From: Octopus sinensis
Taxonomy: Eukaryota
Direction: 5' to 3'
Assembly: GCF_006345805.1 (NCBI RefSeq)
Contig: NC_043001.1
Coordinates: 54,436,001-54,500,000 of the forward strand
DNA length: 64,000 nucleotides
The position numbers and the translations under genes were made by a program. The first letter of the stretch is position 1. Each line of letters opens with the position of its first letter. The notes beneath the pieces were generated by a model that ran no database searches, had not been told where the DNA came from, and saw only the letters and a list, made by a program, of their open reading frames with translations. Of the stretch, positions 25,913-37,902 are shown one piece after another.

Positions 25913-25950
25913 TCTTTCTGTTGAAGAGCGTAGGCTCGAAACGTTAAAGA
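25913..25950 (+). ncRNA. Minimal hammerhead motif, CUGUNGA variant, in PLE-tail element 25530-26047
   Basis: ucuuu CUGUUGA A GAGC guag GCUC GAAA CG UU aaaga. 5-bp stem I and 4-bp stem II. Confidence 0.7.
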
Positions 25951-26047
25951 CTTGTTTTATTTATATTCCTGAGCGCCATACTAATACAATTGTTTGTTTG
26001 TTTTCCACCTGCCTTCGTCTTTTGTCTATTTTCATAAAGCTTCCCGT

Positions 26048-26084
<37 letters not shown>

Positions 26085-26089
26085 ATATA

Positions 26090-26125
<36 letters not shown>

Positions 26126-26684
26126 TATATACTAGCTTAAAAGCCGTACACCGTGCGGGACACTTTAGCTAGCTCCTCTGGAGGGCTAATTGGCCTGGCG
26201 GCCTGCGGCTCAAAACTAAAGAAAGCTAAACAGCATTACTATGATACGTCTATAAGGACTATATTGTGGTGTTTAATCAGAGGTCAAGAGGGAATTAATT
26301 AAGAGAATTAATTTTTGTAATGCAATCATTCTATTATTCCAATCCCAAGTTGAATTCAAACTGTTGGCCAATTTGTCCTAAATTTCCTACCTCGACGTAA
26401 AATTAACGAATGTCTCCTCCTTGATCTCTGACGTCATCTGACAAACGAAAACTAAGATGGCGTGAATCAGCCAAGTTTTACCTGCTAGAAATAGTAACCC
26501 AAATACTTTTCAGTCAGATCCCAATGTTGGATGTTCAAGAACCAAATGAAGGGCAGATTTTCAATCCTGTGATCATTCTGATTCCAAAAGGGTATAATAT
26601 GTCAATGTAGAGCAAATGTAGACTGAAATACAGGGGTCCCAGAGGGACAGACATAATTTCGCTTTCATTATTATCATTACTCTT

Positions 26685-26890
26685 AAGGCGGTAAGCTGAC
26701 AGAATCGTTAGCATGCTGAACGAAAAGCTTAGCGGTATTTCGCCCGTCGCTACGTTCTGAGTTCAAATTCCTTTCGGGGACGATGGATTAAGTACCAGAG
26801 AGGGTACTTAATCTACGACCCCACTGGGGTCGATGTAATTGACTAGTCCCCTCCCCACAAATGTGAGGCCTTTTGCCTCCAGTAGAAAGG
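26685..26890 (+). mobile_element. SINE family A with internal deletion and (ATT)n tail
   Basis: aaggcggtaagctgacagaatcgttagc..gagttcaaattcc. Confidence 0.75.
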
Positions 26891-26893
26891 CTT

Positions 26894-26941
<48 letters not shown>

Positions 26942-27040
26942 TTATTATATTATTATCATATATTACTTTTGAAGGTTTTTATTCTCATGCTGACCACTTG
27001 ATAAGATTGATATTTAAATTAAAGATCTTATCCTTATTAT

Positions 27041-27074
<34 letters not shown>

Positions 27075-27078
<4 letters not shown>

Positions 27079-28310
27079 GGGGAATTCACAAAAAAAATCA
27101 AAAGACGAAGACAGGTGGTGTAGGCAACAAACAGATGTATTAAGTTTAACGCTTGGGAAGTGAAAAAGTCTTTAACGTTTTGAGCCTACGCTCTTCCACA
27201 GAATGGAACACAGAAAGAAACAAGGAAACAAAATAAAGAATGTGTTGTGGCTAGCGATCTCTCATGGCGAAGGCCGGACAGAAGGTCACACAGGAGTGCT
27301 AGGGAGAAGTGGGAAAGTGGTAATCCCAACATGAAGGTGCGCGTTCGTGTGTATAAGAGACTATGTATGTGCGTGTTGAAGAAGGCTGATGATCTTGATT
27401 TGTGCGTGTGTGTATGTGTAAGTGTGAAAATGTGGGTGTGAGAAGTACTCAGTGCTGATGTGTGCGTGGTCGTGTGTTGTGATGTAATGTGTTGTGTGGT
27501 ATGGTGGTATAAGGTGTAGTGGTGTGTGGTGTGAGGGTGTTGGGAAGCGTGGGAGGCAGGAGTGGGGAAAGCAATAGTGGGGTGGGGGTAAAGGTGGGGT
27601 ATGTGGGTGTGAGTGTAATGGGTGAGGTGGTGTGGGATGGGGAAGGATAGGGAAGGTGGGGTTGAAATGTGTAGAAGTGGGGTGGGCATACGAGGGAGGG
27701 GTGACGATGAAGGGGGAAAGAGAAGGTGGGTAGGAGTGAAGAGAAGAAAGAAGGAGAATAGGAGTGAAGGGAAGAAGTAGGAGTCGGCGTAAGAGAGAAG
27801 AGGTGGGTGGGAGGATGTAGGTGTGAGGCGAAGAGAGTTGAGCCCATGTGGAGCAAAGGAGCGAAGGGAGAAGATTAATCCCTGTTCACGGCGCAAGCGA
27901 GAGTACAGATGCAAGAACAGTCCGAACACGGACAGATGTTGCAAAGAGTGACCGGTAGAGCGGAAATGGCGCGAGACCGGGGAGTCATTGCCGAGTCGGA
28001 TGTCTCGGAGGTGTTCCACGAACCGGTCAGCCAAGCGGCGTCCCGTTTGCCCGATGTATAGAGAATGGCAGAGAGAGCAGGATATGCAGTAGATGATATT
28101 GGTAGAAGTGCAGGTGAAGGAGTCGGTGACGTGATAGGGTCGATGATGGGTGCCGGTGAGGAGGGTGGTGTTGGAGAGGTAAGAGCAAGTGCGACAGCGT
28201 GGGCGAGAGCAGGAGAACGAGCCGAGTTGGGAGGTTGGGTTAGGTAAGAAGCTGTGAACTAAGAGGTCTCGTAGGTTGTGGGCCCGTTTGAAGGAGGGGA
28301 GGGGTCTCAT
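27075..28310 (-). mobile_element. 5'-truncated Penelope-like retroelement: Cys-rich linker, GIY-YIG endonuclease, C/A-rich 3' region and hammerhead-bearing tail
   Basis: ORF 27186..28388(-): SFKRAHNLRDLLVHS..CSRPRCRTC..FTCTSTNIIYCISCSLC..LYIGQTGRRLADRFVEHLRDI..PVSRHF..H..RREQ.LIF.L....PHGLN is a typical PLE GIY-YIG C-terminus. Tail ends in (TA)n. Confidence 0.9.
27169..27206 (-). ncRNA. Mutated CUGUNGA-family hammerhead motif in the tail of the GIY-YIG PLE
   Basis: Minus strand: ccauu CUGUGGA A GAGC guag GCUC AAAA CG UU aaaga (G12 changed to A). Confidence 0.6.
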
Positions 28311-28738
28311 CTTTCCCTCCTCTTTCTTTCTTTCTTTCATCTTTTTATGTAAACCCCAACACAAATTGTAAACTACCTTTGTAATCATCTCTCATTTAAT
28401 GCTCCACTCCCAAATAAAAAAAAAGTTCCGAAGCTTACCATTCTAAATTCAAATGCCGCTTAGGCTAACTCTGTCTTTACATATTCTTCACCTACTTTAA
28501 CTCTACTCCCTTATGTGTGCTCTTTCTTCCACTCTCTATCAACCCTTAACTAGCATAACCAGCATTATACATGCAATATTTTATCAAAAGTTACTCATTA
28601 CAATCAGATGATTGAACTGCTGGATCTACGACAAATTGTAATTCTGAAAATTTTAGTTTCAATAAATATCTATATGTACATGCGTGTGTTTCTATGTCTA
28701 AATATGCAAATTTATACACGCACGCGCACACACACACA

Positions 28739-28776
<38 letters not shown>

Positions 28777-28944
28777 ACATAATGATATGTAAATGTAAGA
28801 TCCAAGGACCCAGGTGTGGGAAGTTAGTAAGCTTCGTGCAGTCCGTAGAAGTTATTTAAAAAATAACTTTCAGGAACAATAGTAGTTTTTGACGTACTAA
28901 GTTGTAAATTTAACCCATATTGAAGTTCGATAAGCTGAAAAAAG

Positions 28945-28983
<39 letters not shown>

Positions 28984-29767
28984 ACACATACATATAGATA
29001 AGTGTGCTTTTGTGTACATATGTGAGTGGTTTATTTTTTCCGCTTTGAATGCTTCCAATAGCGAGAATGCTAGTTTCCAAATAAGAAACAATGTCATCAT
29101 TAGAAATTGGGTTACAACAATACAAACTTATATATTGGTGGTTAGAAAAGAATTGCTTAACTTCATATCACCGTTTCATTCGTAGGATATCTTTGCAGAA
29201 TACTACATAAAAGTCTTCTTTTTTTTTTTTTCCTTTATTTTTGTGCTTGACAATCCCAGATTTTTGAGGTTACGATTTAGACACACATATTAACATAGTG
29301 CACCAATAATTAGGAGTGCACTTGTAAAGACATAATTTCGGTAAAAAATGTTGCCTTTCTCAATGATTTTGAAAGAAATTTGCAGCTGACCTCAATATCA
29401 GTACTTATCTTTATTTTCCACCCCAAACAATTATGCTTGGAGTGTTGTTTCTCCAACAGGAAGAAGAGGCTATCTTTCGATAAAGATAGATGGATAATGA
29501 ACGTATCAGTTTGGAAATTATCATAAACATTTTATTTCTTTAATTTTTTTCAACTGAATCGCTTATGCTTATGTATTCTATGTATGCATTTATGTGCTTG
29601 CATGTATGTATATGTGTGTATGTATGCATATATGTATGTATGTATATTTGTGTAAGTATTGTATATGTATGTGTATTTGGGTATACACATACACAAATAT
29701 ATATACATACACATAGACACAAGCACACACTTACATATACAAATATACATACACACACATATACATA

Positions 29768-30034
29768 TTCTTTTACATGTTTCAGTTATTTGACTGCGCC
29801 CATGCTGGAGCACCGCCTTATTCTTTGTAAGCCTACTGCTTAGTCTATCGGTCTGTTTGCCGGACCGCTAATCTACGGAAACTTAAACAAACGCACCAAC
29901 ATCGGTTGTCAATGGATGATGGAGGGACAAACACAACACACACACAACACACACAACACACACACCCCACACCACACACACACACACATATATATATAAT
30001 ATATATTATATATAATTATATATATATAATATAT

Positions 30035-30073
<39 letters not shown>

Positions 30074-30329
30074 ATATATATATATATATATATGACCGCG
30101 TGTGTATCGTTGGCGATTTTTTTCCTCTACCTTCCCTTCCTTGGGTCTTACCTTTTTCTATGTTTCTGACGAAGAGCTCCGCTCGAAACGTTAAATCCTC
30201 CTTCTTTCTTTCCTTTCCTGAGCGTCCAATAACACAATTCTTCTTCCACGTCCTCGCGTTGTTGTGTTTTCTCTTTATGTTTTCATGTTTCGATTAATTA
30301 TATATATATATATTATATATATATTATAT

Positions 30330-30360
<31 letters not shown>

Positions 30361-30460
30361 TATACATAGGACGGGCTTCTTTCAGTTTCCGTCTACGAAA
30401 TCCACTCAGAAGGCTTTGGTCGGCCAGAGGCTATAGTAGAAGACACTTACCCAAGTGCCA
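29768..30460 (-). mobile_element. SINE family B split at its internal microsatellite by a hammerhead element
   Basis: Tail half 29768-29935 and head half 30370-30460; insert 30095-30298 is flanked by (TA)n. Confidence 0.75.
30162..30196 (+). ncRNA. Minimal hammerhead motif with canonical core inside an ~200-bp PLE-tail-like element (30095-30298)
   Basis: guuu CUGACGA A GAGC ucc GCUC GAAA CG UU aaau. The downstream ttcctgagcg motif is shared with the family at 27075. Confidence 0.75.
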
Positions 30461-30934
30461 CACAAATATGCATACATACACACAAACACATAATACATGC
30501 ACAAAAAATACATAAACATTAGCGATTCAGCTGGGCGGGGAGGTGGGGGGGGGAATAAAGAAGGAAAAGTTTTGTACGGAAATTGCCGAATAAATACTTT
30601 CATTATCCATCTACCTTTGCCGAAAGATAGTTGACAGAAGATTTTAAGAACGATATTAAGTGTGTGTATTTATGTATGTATTATGCATGAATTTATGCAT
30701 GTATATTTGGATGTATCTTTTTACTTGTTCCAGTTATTAGACAGCTGCAATGCTCGGACACCACCTTGAAGAATGTTAGTCAAATGAATCGACCCCAGTA
30801 CTTATTCTTCGTACTTATTTTATCGTTCTTTTTTGCTGAACTGCTAAGTTATGTGGACGTAAACACACCAACACCGGTTGCCAAGCGGCAGTAGGAGACA
30901 AATACACACACACACACCTATATATATATATATA

Positions 30935-30983
<49 letters not shown>

Positions 30984-31575
30984 CGATGGGTTTCTTTCAG
31001 TTCCTGTCTATCAGATCAACTCACAAGGCTTTAATTGACGCGAGGCTACAGTCAAAAAGACTTGCCCAAGGTGGCACGCTGTTGAACTGGGCCCAGAACC
31101 ATATGGTTAGGAAGCAAACTTCTTATCACACAGCCAAGCCTATATATGTATATATGTTATGTGTGCATGTATGTATGCGTGTATGTACGTATGTGTGTGT
31201 GTGTGAGCGCATGTGTGTGATTAACCAAGACTAATCTGGACCCAAATAACATTAGCAGCAACAGATATTTTAAGTACTTTACAAAAAAGGGGGATCATTT
31301 TTTTGCTTCACTGGATTGAATATATTTGTGTAATTTAACACAATTACAATAAAACACCCTCAAAATGACATTAACAGTTTCACTAATTATTTGTTGTATA
31401 ATTAATTCCCTACTTTCAAAAGTAATGTAATTGCCAGGCTGTATGCTGAGCTAGATAAATAAAAGATAGAGAGAAGAGGAACAGAAAGAATGCTTGTGCG
31501 TCTGGTTTGCTTCAATTTAATGTAGTTTACTTGTGTTTCTACCTGTGTGTGTGTGTGTCTGTGTGTCTGTGTGTG

Positions 31576-31608
<33 letters not shown>

Positions 31609-31816
31609 TGTGTGTGTGTGTGTGGTGTGTGTGTGTGTGCGTGCGTGCATGTGTGTCAGTGATTTGTCTTATTTACATATATCAATGAAAACAGCCTCTT
31701 CGGAATTCAATAGGTTGTTTGACGGTACTGTAATATTTTCACGTATATTGCCAGAAGGCCCCGACTGACTTGGCTATGCCGCGGCAGTGATTATATCGTA
31801 TAAATAAATAAATAGA

Positions 31817-31847
<31 letters not shown>

Positions 31848-32239
31848 GAACTGTTTTCGTGAAAAAATATCAAAGCTGGAGAGAATAACTTCTTGAATAC
31901 TTTTGATCTCAGGTCTGCTGGATCAGCGCAGTTCTGGAGGTGATAAAAAAAAATTATTGCAGTTTCTCGCCGTGTTAGACCAAAGAACTGAACGAGAATT
32001 GAAACTATTGAAAATAACTTTATTTGTACCACAATAATGACCACGGTGGACCTGGCATACATAACATTACTAATGAGTACCAACAATCATTATAGTAATT
32101 AAGGAATACAACAATAACGTATTAAATACTCAAGAACCAACAGTAACGCGTAATTACAATAAGCTTAAGAGTAGGGAGGTCCAGTGTGAGAGAGAGTTCA
32201 ACAATATGGTTAAAGGAAAATAACATATCCAGTCTATAA

Positions 32240-33725
32240 TATTAGTTTCAAATTTTCGCACAAGGCCAGCAGTTTCGGGGATGGGACGAAGTTGAATACA
32301 TCGGCTTCAGCACTCAACTGGTACTTATTTTATTGACGCCGAAAGAAGGAATGGCTAAGTTGACTTTGGCGGCAGCTGAACTAAAAAAAAAAAAAAAAAA
32401 AAAAAACGAAATGCTGCTAAACATTTTGCCCGGCGTGCTAACGATTCAGCCAGTTCGCTCCCCTCATTCGGTATGTAATATAATGAGCAGAAATAAAGCT
32501 TTGATAAATTAAGGTTATGCTTGCAATTAACAGACAAAAGCTTCTGGGTATATTTAAATTTTTTTAAGTGTATTTAACAATATCAGACAATTGCTAATAT
32601 TTTTAGTGATGATTTTTGGAATCGAAGTCTTCCAATTCACACTGCATTACATATGAAGTCCTTCCGTTTGTGCATAACAGAGATCTTCCTCTCATACAAT
32701 GAAAGGGATGGTCGCATATATTTAGTAGATATTTGTCTAAACTGAATTCGAAAACATTGTCCTTTAGTTACTTAGATTATGATTTCTTAGAGTTGAAGAT
32801 AAAAGATAAAGTGGACATGAGGCTGGCAGTGGGGTGGGTAGAATCCACTGCCATCCACCTGCAGGACGAGACAAGAATGCTTCGTGTGGTTCCTCGGCTA
32901 GCTAGAAATAGCAGCTAAATTTCACTTAACGTTAATACGACTTAAAAAATTGATCACATGTATTACCACAGTGAATTGTTTAGGATAATAATGACGATAC
33001 ATGAAAATAAAAGAACGATGTGCCTGTGATGGCAAGAAAACCTTTGATAAGTCTTCACAATTAGAGCTGATCGGGTGGGGTCAAACAGCATTAAGGACAG
33101 GGAAGATTTTTATGAGGTCGACAGAAATGTTATAATAGCAGCCAAATCTTAAACTTAACCAGCACCGCACCTTATTGAAAATGAAATTACATTGGATAAT
33201 GTAGTTCAGACATGTAATCTATGTTTGAAAAACAAACCGAGGGAATCATGAAGGGCATCCCCTTATCATGTGCCTGCCTTAACTATCAGGAATGACTTGA
33301 CAGAAACAACAACAGCAACAATAATGCTTTCTGTTATATGTACAAGACCTGTAATTTGGTGGGAGTGGGTTGGCAATTATTTTATTGACCCCGAAGGCAT
33401 GAAAGGCAAAATCGACCTCGGCGGGATTTGAATCCGGCACGTAAAGACAGATGAAATGCCGGTACACATTGTATCCGACATGCTAATGATTCCGTCGGCT
33501 CACAGCTTTAAATACTTATTTGTACGATAGGTACAAAGCCTGAAATTTTGAGGGAAGAGACTAGACGATTGCATCGACCTCAGTGCTCTGTTGCTACTTA
33601 TTTTATCAATCCCAAAAGGATGAAAGAAAAAGTCAGACTCAGCGGAATTTGAACTAAGAACGTAAGGAATCACAAGAAATGTTGCAAGGCATTTCGTACG
33701 ACACGCTAACGCTTCTGCGAACTAT
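32240..33725 (-). mobile_element. Cluster of three older SINE family A copies (32240-32460, 33325-33510, 33528-33725)
   Basis: Reverse-complement matches to family A head and central domain. Confidence 0.7.
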
Positions 33726-33939
33726 TAGGTAAATATTTCTAACAAAACCAAAACTGACTTTCACTCGGGTGCAGTAGAAAGAGGATACATCTAACATTTT
33801 TGCGGGTGGGACCCTGCAATATAAGGACCTAGACGAGACGTGAGATATTTTTAGACATCTATCATCCCGACACACTAACATTGCTTCAATATTTGTTGGT
33901 AACAGAATACGGAATGGAATCACTTAGCGTCAAAAAAGG

Positions 33940-33985
<46 letters not shown>

Positions 33986-34092
33986 TATATATAATATATG
34001 TATGTATGCAAGTGATTGTTGTATGCACGCGTATGTATGTATATGTGTGTGTGAGTATATATATATATATATAGATAGATAGATAGATATAT

Positions 34093-34155
<63 letters not shown>

Positions 34156-34250
34156 CGTCGCACTTAGAATATTTGTGGGCGCTGCAGTAAAACACAAACA
34201 TATATACATGCATATAGATAGGTAGGTAAGTAGATAGATGGATAGATAGC

Positions 34251-34308
<58 letters not shown>

Positions 34309-34342
34309 CATACATACATACATACATACATACATACATACA

Positions 34343-34374
<32 letters not shown>

Positions 34375-34434
34375 ACGATGACGGCAATGACTTAGAATGT
34401 ATGTATGTAGTATGTATGTATGAATGTATGTATG

Positions 34435-34800
34435 TAATTATTCGGTTTATTTCAAGATTTCTTGCCAATAAAGAAAGAGTCGGTTTCTAACCTAGATCTA
34501 AGGCTCCTTCATTGGAATTTCAACATCAACAGTGTATTTTTTAATGTATGTATGCATATGTGCAGATTTGTTTTATTTTATGTATGTATTCTCATGCATA
34601 TAGTTGCATGTCTACACATGCGCATATATACTTAAATAATAAACTTCAGGAAAGTTTTATAGATTTTTACAGTTCCAGTGATGACTTGAATTTGTAGTCT
34701 TTGCATCAGCTTTCTCCTCTCTGGTTTTGAGAAGCCTAATTACTCATGATTGGTATTTAGGCAGTGTGTTACATATCCCCATGTACCAATAATTACATGA
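34435..34800 (-). mobile_element. 3' fragment of a restriction-like-endonuclease (R4/Dong-like) non-LTR element embedded in (TACA)n
   Basis: Minus translation VIIGTWGYVTHCLNTNHE*LGFSKPERRKLMQRLQIQVITGTVKIYKTFLKF is like the P.IIGALG...LQ......T..I RLE C-terminus. The 3' UTR runs into TACA repeats. Confidence 0.65.
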
Positions 34801-35558
34801 AAGTATGTACGTATATATATGTATATGTACCTATGTATATATGTACGTAAGTATATGCGTGTTGTTGTTTAGGTCAGTTCAGCCCGAGACGACCGTGAAT
34901 CACAACCATTCTATCCATGATTCATCCGGTTAGTTTTACAAGGCACAATGCTCTCTAGACCATTTTATCCAATGTTTCATACTTCTAGGAAATGACAAGA
35001 GTTTTATTTGAGGGAGATATGGCTGTTACTTCCAGCTGGTTGTTCGATCTGATAGTCTCTCTAATTTACTATACAACTCTCAAAGAAAAGGTTCGTTGGT
35101 ACTACTTAGCTGCGAGTGCTGAAAATTTTTTGTCGAAGCGCTTAGTTAAGGGAAGTAAACAAACCAACACCAGTTGTCAGGTGATTTGAGACGAACACGA
35201 ACGGAAATGTTTGACGTAGGAAAAAGTACTTAAAACATTCACTAATGTTACGAATAGCTGCTCAGCTGGTCGATGTGTATGCATTATGTATGATACATAC
35301 ATAATATGTCTTAATAAAACACTGCCACAATTGCATATACTGGATTTTTAATCTGATATTATCAGAGACGTCGAATTCTCGCTCGAGCATGCGGCTGATT
35401 GCGAGTACCCGATGTGCATCTGACATTTGCACTGACCACTGCTGGAATGAATTTTCGACTCTCTAACAATTATTGTGTTTTTAACATAGTTAATCTGAAA
35501 GAGATGTTATCTCAGGATAGTGTATATACAAAATATATGTATGTATATATATATATAT

Positions 35559-35865
35559 AAAATTAGAAAAAAAACACCTTTTATCAATTCAAAATGAACA
35601 ATTAAATTACACCATCTAGAAAATTACATATTATAGAAATATTAAAATCAAATTAACAATAAAATGTCAATGATTACGTAAATTACAAAAAAATAATAAA
35701 AACGTATATAATTGGTAGAATATTATTATTTTTATTATTTTTTTGCAATTTACTTAATCATTGACATTTTATTGTTATTTTAATTTTAATATTTCTATAT
35801 ATGTAATTTTCTAGATGGTGTAATTTAATTGTTCATTTTGAATTGATAAAAGATGTTTTTTTCTA

Positions 35866-35870
<5 letters not shown>
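35559..35870. repeat. AT-rich palindrome, ~143-bp arms and ~26-bp spacer, flanked by (TA)n
   Basis: aaaattagaaaaaaaacaccttttatcaattcaaaatgaac... pairs with ...gttcattttgaattgataaaagatgtttttttctaatttt, with few mismatches. Confidence 0.9.
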
Positions 35871-35903
<33 letters not shown>

Positions 35904-35988
35904 TATTATAGTGTGTGAATTTTTGATTTAATATTTCAAATTGAATTTTTTTCCTTGTAGTTTGGATTTTATTCCCTCAAATAATAAT

Positions 35989-36033
<45 letters not shown>

Positions 36034-36084
36034 TTATGTAAGTATGTATTTGTGTGTGTATGTATATATGTCTATGTGTGTGTA

Positions 36085-37364
36085 CACTCATCGTATGTTG
36101 GCTAAATTGTCGCCATTTTATATTTTTTATTTCGCGTATGAGCATTGTTTGTCTTTGATTTTGTCGACTACACAGTATCGTAGGGTCAGTTGGGCATCAT
36201 CTGTGAGAAAAACAGCACCATGACGCAGTTCACTCTGCCAGAAATTTGGAAACGACATGCTGTACTGCTTGACATGTGAACGTTTCAGAGTGTTTGGGTG
36301 TCAATCTGTCGTGCAGGGGATTCGGAAAGAGTTGGATGAGTCTAATGGTGATTACGAAGGTAGGGCAGCTCCGAAAACTCATTCCGATCGTTCTGATAAG
36401 AAAAGAACTCGAGAATTTTTTAGTGAGATCCAGGCTATGGTTGACAACGATCCTTCCAAGTCAATCATATCCACCGCCTGGGATATGGGAGTGTCTGAGT
36501 TTCTTATCAAGTAGGTAGTACATGAAGACATTCGATAGTCTTCATACAAGATGAAAAAGGGTCAATTTTTATCCCAAGTTATCAAGGACAAGAGGAAAGA
36601 CCGCGCTACGAAGCTTTTGAACAAACTCAAGCACCCCCTCCAACCGAACATACACAGGTTTTTTTCAGACGAGAAAAATTTCTACTAGGATCAGATGATG
36701 AACACACAGAACAACCGTTGGCTTATCGTGTTGCTAAAACAAGTACCGAGAGTGATAGAAACCAAACATCCAGTCAACATCATGGTGTTTGGAGTGATCA
36801 CTATTTATGGCGACGTTATACCCCCATTCATCTTCTCAAATGGTCTCAGACTCAGCACGGAAGCCTACATCAAGTGCCTGGGGGAGGTAGTGCTTCCCTG
36901 AGTCAAGAGGGTGGCTGCTGGAACACCCTATGTCTGGCATCAGGATTCTGCACCATGCCAAACAAGCAAGAGAACCCAGTCATGGCTGTCAGACAATTTC
37001 TGTGACCACATCACCCCTAACATCTGGCCACCTAACTCCCCAGGCTGCAACCCCCTAGATCATTGTGCGTGGAGCGCAGTTGAGCGAGAGGTCAACAAAA
37101 CTCCTTGTAACACCAAAGATGAACTGAAGGCAAGGATGATGGCAGCACTTACGAACTTAAACAAAACAAGGACCCCATCTAGAAGAGCTGCAAGAGATTC
37201 TGAAGTTGTCTGGGAGCCGTGGTTGAAGCCAATGGCGTTTTATTGAATATATTTTCTCTTTAGTATTTTAAGATATATTTGTGTAATTTTGGTAAATATA
37301 TCTGTTAAATTGAGATGTAAGTGTAAACTTCATTTTTGCATAATATAGATGACAATTTATTCAA
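36085..37364 (+). mobile_element. Tc1/mariner superfamily DD37D (maT-type) transposon, near full length and inactivated
   Basis: Transposase remnants 36220-37246. Degenerate terminal inverted motif taaattgtc (about 36103) / gacaattta (about 37351). Confidence 0.85.
36220..37246 (+). pseudogene. DD37D transposase pseudogene
   Basis: FFSDEKNF...NTQNNRW...MVFGVI...YVWHQDSAPCQTSKRTQSWL...WPPNSPGCNPLD. I count 37 residues between the 2nd and 3rd catalytic D. At least 4 in-frame stops plus frameshifts. Confidence 0.9.
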
Positions 37365-37396
37365 AGTCAAGATAGAAAAAGTCAAGGTAGAAATTT

Positions 37397-37432
37397 CAGC
37401 ACCGGTTTCAGTCATTGAGACTTTTTCAGCTG
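37397..37432 (-). ncRNA. Degenerate minimal hammerhead motif
   Basis: Minus strand: cag CUGAAAA AGUC ucaau GACU GAAA CCGG UG cug. All three stems present, but G8 is A and position 17 is G. Confidence 0.5.
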
Positions 37433-37484
37433 TAAGTATGGAAAACAATTAAATTTTGGAAAAATTAAAAGAAAAGTTTTTTAA

Positions 37485-37650
37485 GGGTAGCACTACCTCC
37501 CCCAAGCACTTGATGTAGGCCTCCGTGCTATGTCTGAGACCATGGGAGAAGATGAATGGGGGCATAACGTGGCCATCACTAATGATCACTCTAAACACCA
37601 TGATGCTGACTGGATGTTTGATTTCTATCACTCCCGGTACTTGTTTTGGC

Positions 37651-37652
<2 letters not shown>
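37485..37652 (-). mobile_element. Internal fragment of a second, diverged copy of the same DD37D transposase, in inverted orientation
   Basis: KQVPGVIEIKHPVSIMVFRVIISDGHVMPPFIFSHGLRHSTEAYIKCLGEVVLP is homologous to 36735-36898. Confidence 0.85.
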
Positions 37653-37691
<39 letters not shown>

Positions 37692-37902
37692 AGTATTGGT
37701 ATCTAGAAGACACAAAGACTGGTAGGTAACGCTAAGTAAGTGCTATGGACAGACCGTAGTTAAACTCTTGGTTCGATAATGATACGAGTGAGGAGTCTAA
37801 TGTGGGTCTTGTATTAGCATACATATTATATTAGACAAAATGAGATAACAAAGCCAAGGGTGTGAGGAGCTTCCAGGACATTTATAAGGAGAAAGTTATA
37901 GA

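Noticed and set aside
27186-27835. C-terminal ~240 aa of the 400-aa minus ORF
   Set aside because: Low-complexity C/A-rich PLE 3' region read through after PHGLN; unlikely to be real protein.
31912-31938. Possible 27-nt phase-1 micro-exon (LLDQRSSG)
   Set aside because: Donor GTGATA is weak; could easily be a chance match.
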